NCBI GenBank assembly: GCA_964468465.1
Contig: CAYXVM010000001.1
Span: forward strand, 1 to 34,626
Source of the DNA: an uncultured Clostridium sp.
Lineage (GTDB): Bacteria > Bacillota > Clostridia > Oscillospirales > Acutalibacteraceae
Direction of reading: 5' to 3'
DNA length: 34,626 bases
The notes under the pieces were generated by a model. The model had not been told where the DNA came from and ran no database searches. It worked only from the letters and a program-made list of their open reading frames with translations. How positions within the stretch are numbered: the stretch's first letter is position 1; the number at the start of each line of letters is the position of its first letter. This document shows positions 17,264-26,139 of this stretch, piece by piece. A program made the position numbers and the translations under genes.

Positions 17264-19180
17264 TTATTCGGATATGGCTTCAATCATGCTGATATCGTTT
17301 GTGTAAAGCGTTGCGCCTTTACGCCTTCCGTACCAAACGATCTCCTTTGCAAAGCGTGGCCAATCCTCATATTTTTCTTTTGCCTTAAAAATATAAGTGA
17401 TTTTTCGCTTTTCGGGCTGTGAATTATTGCTGTCGTCGGATTCGTGGAAATATTCAAGAAAACCGTAGCCGCATTCAAATCTTTTTTCGCTTTCAAACGG
17501 CTTCTTGACGGCGTTGATCTGAAATTTTTTGAGTTCTTCGTAAATCTCTCCGTCAATTCCGAATTGATTGAGAAAACTGTCGGCGAGCTTTTCAAATTCA
17601 TCAAAATTATTAAGCATTTCGAGGAAAAGTCCTTCCTCAAAGAACCATGTGACATTTCCGAAAACAGGGTTTGAATGATTCCATTCGCCCTCAAGAGAGC
17701 CGTCAAGCTTTTGCTTTATGTCTCTGAAAAGACTGCCGACAAGCCCCGAATCCTTCAAGCAGAAATCAAGCAGCTTTGTGTAAAAATCGTAGTAGTCAAT
17801 GCCGAGCGCACGGTAGCAGTAGATTGCAAAAAAGCGGAGCAGACCGAGGCTGTGGAAGCATTGCAGGCAGATTGAAAACAGATTTGCATAAACCCAGCCG
17901 TCTCTTGAAAGACTGCTTGTTGAGCGGACAAGATAAGAATATTCGGGAATGCCGTCTTTCTTTCCGCTTGCGGAGTGGATATGATTGAAGCTGACCTTCA
18001 TCGGCTCAATTTTGAATTTTTCCATGTATTCGGGGTCGCACATGGGAGCGTTCGGCAGAAGCTCACAGTAGTAAACGCTGATTGAATTGTGCTGACCTGC
18101 TCTCAGAAGCTTGCAAAGCCCCTTGCAGAAGCTCTCCGCCGTTTCACCGGGCAGACCGAGAATCAGCTCGGAATAGGTCGGAATGTTTGCGTTTGTGTAT
18201 TCGCTCAGCAGAGATGAGAAATGCTCCATTGTCAGATTTTTGCGGTTTATATTTTTCAGTGCATCGTCGCAAAGGGTCTGATAAGCCATTGTTGCGCCCT
18301 TGTCAAGCCCTCTTGAATTAAGCTTTTTGGAAATCCGGAAAACACGTTCTGCGCTGTTCTTTTCGTAGCAGGGGCGGAAAACCTTGGGAAAGCCCGTTTT
18401 TGAATTCAGTTCAACCAGATAATCGGCAATTTCTTCGTCTCTGTCAAACATTCCGAAATTTGCGTCGGCGCAGAAGCAGTATTCGATTTTATGCTCCGAA
18501 AGCCATTTCAGCTCCCCCTTGACCTTTTCCATCGGGAAAAGACGGAGCTTTTTGTGGTTGCTCCAATCGCAGTAGGCGCAGTTATAGGGGCAGCCTCTGT
18601 TGGTTTCGATGATTGTGTCAAACATCAGGTCGGGATTTTTTTCAATAATCGAATCGAAAATGCCGCTGAGGTATGGCGAGGGATAGTTTTCAACCGAACC
18701 GGGGCAGCGGGCAGGGGTCAGAACCTTGTTTCCGTCATTATCACGGAACGCAATTCCGCAGCAGTCCGAAAGATTTTCGCCGTTCTTCAGAGCAAGAAGC
18801 AGGGCGGCTGTGGTTTCTTCGCCCTCGCCGAGAGTTAAAATATCAATATATTCTTCATCGAGAAATTCCATGCGGTCGGAAACGCTGTGACCGCCGAAAA
18901 TAATAATACATCCGGGATATTTTTTCTTGACAGCCGCCGCAAGAACCTTGTTGAATTCAACATTCCAGACATAGGTTGAAAATGCGGCGATATACGGATT
19001 ATCCATTGCTTCAACAATGTTTTCAACGCTGTCACGGCGAAAAATAATTTCGGGGAAAGCGTAATCTTCTGCTATTTCGGGTATGCTTTTGCAGTATGCG
19101 GCTATCGTGCCCGTCGCATAGGGCAGATAAACCGATTTGTCAAAGGCAAAGCCTACCTGAACAAAATAAACATTTTTCAA
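17264..19180 (-). CDS. Cobalamin-dependent radical SAM protein (paralog 2)
   Basis: YLPY, AAFSTY, IFGGH, GEGE, ETNRGCPYNCAYC, DANFG, ELILGLPGET. TTG start after AGGTG. Confidence 0.9.
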   Translation of the reverse strand: MKNVYFVQVGFAFDKSVYLPYATGTIAAYCKSIPEIAEDYAFPEIIFRRDSVENIVEAMDNPYIAAFSTYVWNVEFNKVLAAAVKKKYPGCIIIFGGHSVSDRMEFLDEEYIDILTLGEGEETTAALLLALKNGENLSDCCGIAFRDNDGNKVLTPARCPGSVENYPSPYLSGIFDSIIEKNPDLMFDTIIETNRGCPYNCAYCDWSNHKKLRLFPMEKVKGELKWLSEHKIEYCFCADANFGMFDRDEEIADYLVELNSKTGFPKVFRPCYEKNSAERVFRISKKLNSRGLDKGATMAYQTLCDDALKNINRKNLTMEHFSSLLSEYTNANIPTYSELILGLPGETAESFCKGLCKLLRAGQHNSISVYYCELLPNAPMCDPEYMEKFKIEPMKVSFNHIHSASGKKDGIPEYSYLVRSTSSLSRDGWVYANLFSICLQCFHSLGLLRFFAIYCYRALGIDYYDFYTKLLDFCLKDSGLVGSLFRDIKQKLDGSLEGEWNHSNPVFGNVTWFFEEGLFLEMLNNFDEFEKLADSFLNQFGIDGEIYEELKKFQINAVKKPFESEKRFECGYGFLEYFHESDDSNNSQPEKRKITYIFKAKEKYEDWPRFAKEIVWYGRRKGATLYTNDISMIEAISE

Positions 19181-19201
19181 ACTGAAACACCTGCTTGGGC
19201 G

Positions 19202-20455
19202 TCAATAAGCCGCCGTTAATTTTCGGGAAAATTCAAAAAGAGAATCAAGCTTTTCATCGGCAACGCCGTTTTCGTCTGTTTCGTCGTTGCCGACAAGAAT
19301 ATTCTTGCCTGTTCCCGCATTTTTTCCCGCAAGAACATCGGAAATTTTATTTCCGACCGTGAATGAATTCTTTAAATCAATGCTGATTCCGATTTTATCA
19401 AAATCGCTCACGGCATTTAAAATCATGCCGGGCTTGGGCTTTCTGCATGAGCATTCAACCCGATATTCTTCGATAACCGCATTTTTGTGATGAGGGCAAT
19501 AATAAAAGCCGTCTGCGATTACTCCGGCTTCCTCCGAAAGGCGTGAATTGATGAATCCGTGAAGAATATCAACATCTTTGACGGTGTAATATCCCTTGCC
19601 GATGCCCGCCTGATTTGTGATAACAACGGCGAGATAACCTTTTTCTTTTATTTCCGCAACCGCTTTTTCGCCGCCGGGCAGAAATCGGAAATCCCGGGTT
19701 TTATAAAGATGACCCGCATCTTCATTGAGCGTTCCGTCACGGTCGAGGAAAACGGCTCGGCGAATCCGCCTTGAAACGAGCTTTTCCTTTTCGGCTTCGG
19801 CTTTTCGGTAGTCCTGAGGGATGCCTATGTCGATAAAATAGCCGTCGCTTTCAAAAACGCCGATGCTGAAACTTTTATTTTCAAGAACTCTTTTTTCAAA
19901 AGAGAATTTTTCTTCTTCAACGCCATCAAGGGCGTTCTTTTTTATGAAATATACTCCGCCGTTGATAAGACCGCTTGCGGAGACTCCTTTTTCGCAAAAG
20001 CCCGTGAGTCTGCCGCAATCGGCGGTCAGACAACCGTATCTTTCGGCATTGTCAAGCATTTTTGCGGCAAGAGTGATTGAACAGCCCGATTCTTCGTGGG
20101 CTTTTTTCATTTTGAAAAGATCAACATCAAAAAAGGTGTCGCCGTTGACAACAACGATGCTTTCATCGGAGCAGAGCGAAAGTGCTTTTTTGATTGCTCC
20201 ACCCGTTCCGAGCGGAGCTTCTTCACGGGAATAGCGAACGGTCATTCCACGGTAAGCCGAACCGACGGAGCTTTCAATCGCTTCGGACATATATCCCGTT
20301 GATATAACCGAACGGCAAACGCCGTTATTATAGAGATAATCAAGAATATATTCAATGAACGGTCTGCCGCCGACGGGGGCAAGTGGTTTCGGCAGATTTT
20401 CAACGCAGGGTCTGAGCCTTGTGCCGAGACCTCCCGCAAGAATCACAGCTTCCAT
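19202..20455 (-). CDS. Fused HddC-like heptose-1-phosphate guanylyltransferase and GmhB-like heptose-1,7-bisphosphate phosphatase
   Basis: N-terminal ILAGGLGTRL..PKPL, EEAPLGTGGAI, NGDT, YFIDIGIP. C-terminal HAD motifs FLDRDGTL, ITNQAGIG, CPHH, CSCRKPKPGM. Confidence 0.9.
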   Translation of the reverse strand: MEAVILAGGLGTRLRPCVENLPKPLAPVGGRPFIEYILDYLYNNGVCRSVISTGYMSEAIESSVGSAYRGMTVRYSREEAPLGTGGAIKKALSLCSDESIVVVNGDTFFDVDLFKMKKAHEESGCSITLAAKMLDNAERYGCLTADCGRLTGFCEKGVSASGLINGGVYFIKKNALDGVEEEKFSFEKRVLENKSFSIGVFESDGYFIDIGIPQDYRKAEAEKEKLVSRRIRRAVFLDRDGTLNEDAGHLYKTRDFRFLPGGEKAVAEIKEKGYLAVVITNQAGIGKGYYTVKDVDILHGFINSRLSEEAGVIADGFYYCPHHKNAVIEEYRVECSCRKPKPGMILNAVSDFDKIGISIDLKNSFTVGNKISDVLAGKNAGTGKNILVGNDETDENGVADEKLDSLFEFSRKLTAAY

Positions 20456-20823
20456 TATCGGTTGCCCTCCGGGATTATATCTTTTGTGCCGTCGGGCAGT
20501 TCAACGCCCTTGTCATAGAACGCAACGAGCGTTGAATCCTCATGGTAGACAAAGCGGTGCATAACATTCGGCTCGATGATGAACATATCGCCCTTTTTGA
20601 AGATTCGGCTGATTTTATCTTCTCCGAGATGAGCGTCAACCGTGAAAGAACCTTCAACAACATAAAAACCCTCACGGTTGAGCCTGTGGCAATGATTGCC
20701 TCTTTCAACTCCGCCTTTTGAGGTGACAACATTAATCTGTTTAAAGCCCTCGTGCAGAAGCTGAACGAGAGTTCCTCTTTCGTCCTCAAAAATAAAATCG
20801 GGTTTGATTATTTCAATCATCAA
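20455..20823 (-). CDS. Small cupin, sugar isomerase/epimerase-like (FdtA/WxcM/RmlC-like)
   Basis: FEDERG, RGNHCH...E, and GDMFIIEPNVMHRF cupin motifs. Translationally coupled to the hddC-gmhB fusion. Confidence 0.75.
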   Translation of the reverse strand: MMIEIIKPDFIFEDERGTLVQLLHEGFKQINVVTSKGGVERGNHCHRLNREGFYVVEGSFTVDAHLGEDKISRIFKKGDMFIIEPNVMHRFVYHEDSTLVAFYDKGVELPDGTKDIIPEGNR

Positions 20824-20841
20824 AGCTGACCTCCGTGATTA

Positions 20842-21819
20842 TCAGTTGTTGCAGATTATTCTTGTGCCTTCGTTTTCAAATTTGAATTTTATTTCGAGCA
20901 TGTCCGAAAGTGCGGCTCGGACAGCCTCCTGATTTTCTTCGTTAACATAAAACAGCAGACATCCGCCGCCGCCTGCGCCGAGCAGCTTGCCGCCGAGTGC
21001 GCCTGCGTCGGTTGCTTTTTTATAAAGCGTATCAATAAGGTCGGTTGAAATTTCGCTGCTTATGCTTCTTTTAAGCCGCCATGTTTCGTTGAGCAAAAGC
21101 CCGAAATCATCAAGCGGCTTTTCGGGGTCGGTAAGTATTGCTTCGGCAAGGTCAACCATATCGAGCATTTTAAGAAGCTGATCCGTTCTTTGACCGAGCA
21201 CGGTTTTGGTGGTTTTCTGAATCTGAAATGAAAAACGGGAAAGTCCCGTAAAAAACATCATAAGTTTGCCGTTAAGTGCTTCTTTGCGCTCGGGGGATAT
21301 GTTCAGCGGCTTGACCGTGTAGCCGTTTTCGGAAAAATCGATTCTGTTGAAGCCCCCGAAAGCCGAGGCAATCTGATCCTGAATTCCGCCGTCCTCTTTG
21401 CAAAGAGTCCGCTCAAGATAAATTGCATCGTCCGCAAGCTCCCGCTTTGTTTTTGAAACGCCGAGCATGGTATAAAATGCGTTGAGCATTCCGACTGAAA
21501 AAGCACTGCTTGTGCCGAGCCCCGTCTTTGACGGCAGATCTGCGTCGTAGTTAAGGCAGATTCTTTCAAGCCCCAGCCATTTCATTGCGTTGCGGATTGC
21601 GGGATGCTTGATTTCGTCAACGGAATTAACCTTTTCTATCTGCGCATAGGCGAGATAGGTTTTATAGTCGAAAAGCTCGGGCAGAGGGCGGACATTGACA
21701 TGACAGTATTTGTCAAAGGTTGTTGAAATAACCGCTCCGCCGTGAACGTCGAAGAATTCGGGGAAGTCCGTTCCTCCGCCGAAGAAAGACATTCTCATCG
21801 GTGTCTGCGAAATTATCAT
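20842..21819 (-). CDS. hddA: GHMP kinase, D-glycero-alpha-D-manno-heptose 7-phosphate kinase type
   Basis: TPMRMSFFGGGTD, LPSKTGLGTSS, GIQDQ, GGKLLGAGGGG, and its context with hddC/gmhB. Confidence 0.85.
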   Translation of the reverse strand: MIISQTPMRMSFFGGGTDFPEFFDVHGGAVISTTFDKYCHVNVRPLPELFDYKTYLAYAQIEKVNSVDEIKHPAIRNAMKWLGLERICLNYDADLPSKTGLGTSSAFSVGMLNAFYTMLGVSKTKRELADDAIYLERTLCKEDGGIQDQIASAFGGFNRIDFSENGYTVKPLNISPERKEALNGKLMMFFTGLSRFSFQIQKTTKTVLGQRTDQLLKMLDMVDLAEAILTDPEKPLDDFGLLLNETWRLKRSISSEISTDLIDTLYKKATDAGALGGKLLGAGGGGCLLFYVNEENQEAVRAALSDMLEIKFKFENEGTRIICNN

Positions 21820-21850
21820 TTGCCCGCCTCCTCTATTGGCTTATCAATTA

Positions 21851-21879
21851 ATTATAACATATCGCATTTATTATATCAA
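21851..21879 (-). promoter_or_regulatory. SigmaA promoter for the hddA operon
   Basis: TTGATA-17 bp-TATAAT with extended TG. Confidence 0.75.
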
Positions 21880-21885
21880 CCGTTT

Positions 21886-22836
21886 TTATCGGTAAACGCA
21901 GTTTATTATTTTCCCGTCAAGGAACGAGAGAACATTTTCTTTGCATATCTGCATCAGACGCTCTCTTGTTTCAAAGCCTGCCCATGCAATGTGCGGAGTA
22001 ATAAAGCAGTTTTTGATTCCGAAAAGCGGGTTATCCGCTTTCGGCGGTTCGGAGGAGAGAACATCAAGCCCTGCGCCTGCAATTCTGCCGCTTTTCAGAG
22101 CGTCGGCAAGGGCATTTTCATCAACAACCTGACCCCTTGATGTGTTTATCAGAATAGCAGTGTTTTTCATTTTTGAAAGAAAATCGGCGTTGACCATTCC
22201 CTCGGTTTCGGGAGTCAGCGGGCAATGAACCGAAACAAAATCGCTTCTTTCAAGCAGAGAATCCCTGCTGCAGAATTCAACGCACTCAAACGGTGCGGGA
22301 TGATTCGTTGAGGCGAGAACATTCATGCCGAATGCAAGAGCGATTTTTGCAACGGCTTTGCCGATTTTGCCTAAGCCGATTATTCCGAGCGTTTTTCCGT
22401 CAAGCTCATAAAGCGGAGCAACCTGATAGCAAAAGTCTTTGCAAGCTGACCATTCACCCGAATGAACCGATTCGCTGTGGGCCGCAACGGCGTTTGTGTG
22501 CTCCAAAATAAGCGCAAAAACGAGCTGAGCAACGGCGTTGGTGCTGTAAGACGGAATGTTGCAAACGGGTATTCCTTTTTCTTTGCAGAATTCCCAATCG
22601 ACTATGTTAAATCCCGTGCTGAGCAGACCGACAAATTTAAGATTCGTCAGATTTTCAAGCACGCTTCTGCGCAGAGGAGTTTTATTTGTTATAACAATAT
22701 CGCAGTCTTTGCACCGCTGCGCAATAAGCTCGGCGGGGGTGCGGTCATAAACCGTACAGTCTCCGCATTCTTCGAGCCAATCCCACGAAAGGTCGCCGGG
22801 GTTTTCGGTGAAGCCGTCAAGAACGGTAATTTTCAT
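21886..22836 (-). CDS. D-2-hydroxyacid dehydrogenase (glycerate dehydrogenase/hydroxypyruvate reductase-like)
   Basis: NPGDLSW, GIIGLGKIG, HCPLT, INTSRG, LDVLSSEP, ITPHIAW. Confidence 0.9.
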   Translation of the reverse strand: MKITVLDGFTENPGDLSWDWLEECGDCTVYDRTPAELIAQRCKDCDIVITNKTPLRRSVLENLTNLKFVGLLSTGFNIVDWEFCKEKGIPVCNIPSYSTNAVAQLVFALILEHTNAVAAHSESVHSGEWSACKDFCYQVAPLYELDGKTLGIIGLGKIGKAVAKIALAFGMNVLASTNHPAPFECVEFCSRDSLLERSDFVSVHCPLTPETEGMVNADFLSKMKNTAILINTSRGQVVDENALADALKSGRIAGAGLDVLSSEPPKADNPLFGIKNCFITPHIAWAGFETRERLMQICKENVLSFLDGKIINCVYR

Positions 22837-22966
22837 CAGAATAATCCTCCCAAATATTTAACTCTTTATCGGAAAAATATGCCGTATTCGGGCATAACAA
22901 ATCCTTTTACAAGATATTATAGCATAATATTAAGAAAAAGAAACTATAAAATATTTTTATTTCTTA

Positions 22967-22995
22967 TTGACCCGAGCGAAATAATAATATAAAAT
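22967..22995 (+). promoter_or_regulatory. SigmaA promoter for the DedA-galK-M42 run
   Basis: TTGACC-17 bp-TAAAAT. Confidence 0.65.
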
Positions 22996-23034
22996 AATAG
23001 AGTGTCAGAAAAATTTTGGAATTGCGGTGAGCTT

Positions 23035-23814
23035 TTGGAAAAAAGAAAAAAGCGAAAAAAATATCTGCTTTTCGGCGGACTGATATTGATTGCAGCTTCG
23101 CTTGCAACGGCGGTGCTTCTGTTTTCAATGCAATACGATGAGCTGTGGCATTGGTATTCAGAGGTCAGGCTGAAGCTTGCCGAGCTTGAGGATTTTATTG
23201 CTCATATCGACAAGGAGTGGCAGTTCTTCGGAGCTATCATGCTGCTGTTTGCCGTTAAGAGTGTTTTTCCCATATATGCAACCTCTACAGTCTGCTTTTT
23301 AACGGGCATAGTTTTGCCGATGTATCTTGCCGTGCCCGTTAATATAATCGGATTCATCCTGCTGATAACAATCCGTTATTTCTGGGGCAGGCGGTTCGGA
23401 GCAGGCAATGCATGGAGAATGATTTGCAAGGCTGACGGTCTGCGAAGGCTGATTCAGCACGGCGGCAAGGGCAACCCGGCTCTGCTGATTGCTCTGCGTC
23501 TTGTTCCGTGTATGCCCATTAACAGCATTTCGGGCATTTACGGCTCATTCAATTTCGGCTATTGGAAATTCGTTCTGCTCTCGGTAATCGGATTTTTGCC
23601 GAAGCTGATTTCATTCACCTTTGTCGGCCGCAACATTTATGACCCCCTGTCGCCAAGATTCCTGCTGCCGATAACGATATTATTATTCCTTTCCGGCATC
23701 TCGGCTCTGTCGATTAACGGAGTCTGGACTACGGTTGAAAAGTCAATAGAGTTCTTTAAGAACAGACAGGATAGAAAACTAAAAGAAAAGAGAGGAAACA
23801 CAGAAAATGGTTAA
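23035..23814 (+). CDS. TVP38/TMEM64 (VTT/DedA-like) membrane protein
   Basis: Multiple TM segments, YFWGRRFG, LRLVPCMP. A TTG start at 23035 after GGTGAG is favoured because GTG 23002 lies at the predicted TSS. Confidence 0.8.
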   Translation: MEKRKKRKKYLLFGGLILIAASLATAVLLFSMQYDELWHWYSEVRLKLAELEDFIAHIDKEWQFFGAIMLLFAVKSVFPIYATSTVCFLTGIVLPMYLAVPVNIIGFILLITIRYFWGRRFGAGNAWRMICKADGLRRLIQHGGKGNPALLIALRLVPCMPINSISGIYGSFNFGYWKFVLLSVIGFLPKLISFTFVGRNIYDPLSPRFLLPITILLFLSGISALSINGVWTTVEKSIEFFKNRQDRKLKEKRGNTENG

Positions 23815-25087
23815 AACATCGTTGCTGAAAGAAAAACTCAGAGGCTCCGAATATGACGCCGCCCTCGAAAAAAACTATAAAAAAGAGGATATCGAAGCGC
23901 AGAAGTCAAGATATATCCGAATCGCTTCAAGCTTTGAAGAGCTTTTCGGCTCTGACAGAGAGGTCGGAGTTTTCAGCGCTCCGGGCAGAACCGAGGTTTG
24001 CGGAAACCACACCGACCATAACCACGGCAAGGTTCTTGCGGCAAGCGTTAATCTTGACGCAGTTGCCGTTGCGGGAATTAACGGAGAAAACATTGTCCGT
24101 GTCAAGTCCGAGGGCTACAAAATGGATGTTGTCGATTTGAACGATCTCGGCGTTATGCCTGCCGAGAGAGGAAAGTCGGCGGCTCTCGTCAGAGGCGTTT
24201 GCGCAGGTTTCAAAAACAGAGGCTATAAGATTGGCGGCTTTGACGCCGCAACGGCTTCCGACGTTCTTTCGGGCTCGGGTCTTTCATCCTCTGCGGCTTT
24301 TGAGGTGCTCCTCGGAACGATGCTCAACCATCTTTATAACGGCGGAAAAATCAGCTCGGTTGAGATTGCTCAGATAGCTCAGTTTGCCGAGAACGAATAT
24401 TTCGGCAAGCCCTGCGGACTCATGGATCAGATGGCGTGCTCGGTCGGCGGCTTTGTTGAGATTGATTTCAAAGACCCTGCCGCTCCCGTAATCGAAAAGC
24501 TTGATTTTGACTTCGGCTCATGCAAGCACGCTCTGTGCATTGTTGACACGGGCGGAGACCATTCCGACCTTACCGATGAATATGCCGCCGTCAGAAGCGA
24601 GATGGAGGATGTTGCTTCAAAATTCGGAAAGAGCGTTCTCAGAGAGGTTGACAGAGAAGAATTCGAGAAGAGTATTGCCGTTGTCCGTGATTCTGCGGGC
24701 GACAGAGCCGTGCTTCGTGCAATGCATTTCTACAATGAAAACGACAGAGTTGACAAGCAGGCGGAAGCCCTCAAAAAAGGCGATTTTGAGGCGTTCAAGG
24801 CGCTTGTTATTGAAAGCGGATTCTCATCATATATGTATAATCAGAATGTTTTTACTTGCAAAGCTCCGTCAAATCAGCCCGTCAGCCTTGCGCTTTCAAT
24901 CTGCCAGCAGGTTCTCAGCGGAAAGGGTGCATGGAGAGTTCACGGCGGCGGATTTGCCGGCACGATTCAGGCTTTTGTTCCCGAGGAGCTTCTCGGCGAG
25001 TTCAAGTCTAAAATATGCGCCGTTTTCGGCGAAAAATCCTGCTATGTTCTCAATATCCGTCCCGAGGGCGGAATTCAGGTTATCTGA
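23807..25087 (+). CDS. galK: Galactokinase-family GHMP kinase
   Basis: APGRTEVCGNHTDHN, GSGLSSSAA, GKPCGLMDQ, RVHGGGFAG. Confidence 0.85.
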   Translation: MVKTSLLKEKLRGSEYDAALEKNYKKEDIEAQKSRYIRIASSFEELFGSDREVGVFSAPGRTEVCGNHTDHNHGKVLAASVNLDAVAVAGINGENIVRVKSEGYKMDVVDLNDLGVMPAERGKSAALVRGVCAGFKNRGYKIGGFDAATASDVLSGSGLSSSAAFEVLLGTMLNHLYNGGKISSVEIAQIAQFAENEYFGKPCGLMDQMACSVGGFVEIDFKDPAAPVIEKLDFDFGSCKHALCIVDTGGDHSDLTDEYAAVRSEMEDVASKFGKSVLREVDREEFEKSIAVVRDSAGDRAVLRAMHFYNENDRVDKQAEALKKGDFEAFKALVIESGFSSYMYNQNVFTCKAPSNQPVSLALSICQQVLSGKGAWRVHGGGFAGTIQAFVPEELLGEFKSKICAVFGEKSCYVLNIRPEGGIQVI

Positions 25088-25104
25088 TGAAAGGATAATT
25101 GATT

Positions 25105-26139
25105 ATGTCTGATTTTAATGAAGTTTCGCTTTTGCTCAAAGAGCTTTGCGGCGCAGGGGGAGTATCGGGCGCTGAGCGCGATGCGGCAGAAACGGCGGCG
25201 AGACTTCTTGATAAATTCATGCCTGCCGAAACCGATGCATTGGGGAGCGTCAGGGGAAGCATTGGTGAGGGAAAACCTCATATTCTGCTTGATGCTCACC
25301 TTGACCGAATCGGTCTTGTCGTTACGGCGGTTGATTCCGACGGCTTTTTGAAGGTTGCCAAATGCGGCGGAGCGGATATCCGTGTGCTTGCCGCCGCCGG
25401 GGTGACGGTTCACGGCAGAGAGAAGATTTCGGGCGTTATAACCTCAACGCCGCCCCATCTTTCAAAGCCCGAGGATTCGGGCAAGGCCAAAGGCTTTGAC
25501 GATATTTCGGTTGATATCGGCATGAGCCGTGAAGAAGCATTGAAGCTTGTTTCTCCGGGTGACAGAATAACCTTTAACGGAAATTATGAAAACCTGCTCG
25601 GAAGCAGAGTATGTTCACCTGCAATTGACGACAGAGCGGGTATTGCGGCGATTCTTCGCTGCCTTGAGCTTCTTGACGGCAAAAAGCTTGACTGCACGCT
25701 GAGCGTCATATTCTCCGTTCAGGAGGAAACCACGGGCAGCGGAGCGCAGACGGGCGCATTTTCCGCTCAGGCTGATGAAGCGATTGCGGTTGATGTCAGC
25801 TTCGCTTCCGCTCCGGGAATCAGCGGAGAAAAATATGCTTCGCTCGGCGGAGGAACCATGGTCGGCTATGCTCCGTCGCTCGATTATGAAATGAGCCGCA
25901 GGCTGAGCGAGCTTGCGGAGGAAAAAGGAATTTCCAATCAGACCGAGGTTATGGGCGGCAAAACGGGAACAAACTGTGACCAAATTCAGACCTCGGGCAG
26001 AGGGGTTAAAACCGCTCTGCTTTCAATTCCTTTGAGAAATATGCACACAGCCGCCGAGGTCTGCGACCTTGCGGATATTGAAAGCACGGCAAGGCTTCTT
26101 GCGGAATATATTTCGGAAAGGGGCGGCGTTAATGCTTGA
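25105..26139 (+). CDS. M42-family metallopeptidase
   Basis: DAHLD, IDDRAG, QEE, VDV, NMHT metal ligands. Confidence 0.88.
   Translation: MSDFNEVSLLLKELCGAGGVSGAERDAAETAARLLDKFMPAETDALGSVRGSIGEGKPHILLDAHLDRIGLVVTAVDSDGFLKVAKCGGADIRVLAAAGVTVHGREKISGVITSTPPHLSKPEDSGKAKGFDDISVDIGMSREEALKLVSPGDRITFNGNYENLLGSRVCSPAIDDRAGIAAILRCLELLDGKKLDCTLSVIFSVQEETTGSGAQTGAFSAQADEAIAVDVSFASAPGISGEKYASLGGGTMVGYAPSLDYEMSRRLSELAEEKGISNQTEVMGGKTGTNCDQIQTSGRGVKTALLSIPLRNMHTAAEVCDLADIESTARLLAEYISERGGVNA

Noticed and set aside
15207-21819. RiPP cluster interpretation of the radical SAM pair
   Set aside because: No precursor peptide, SPASM cysteine motif, protease or exporter was found nearby. The context is sugar-nucleotide genes.
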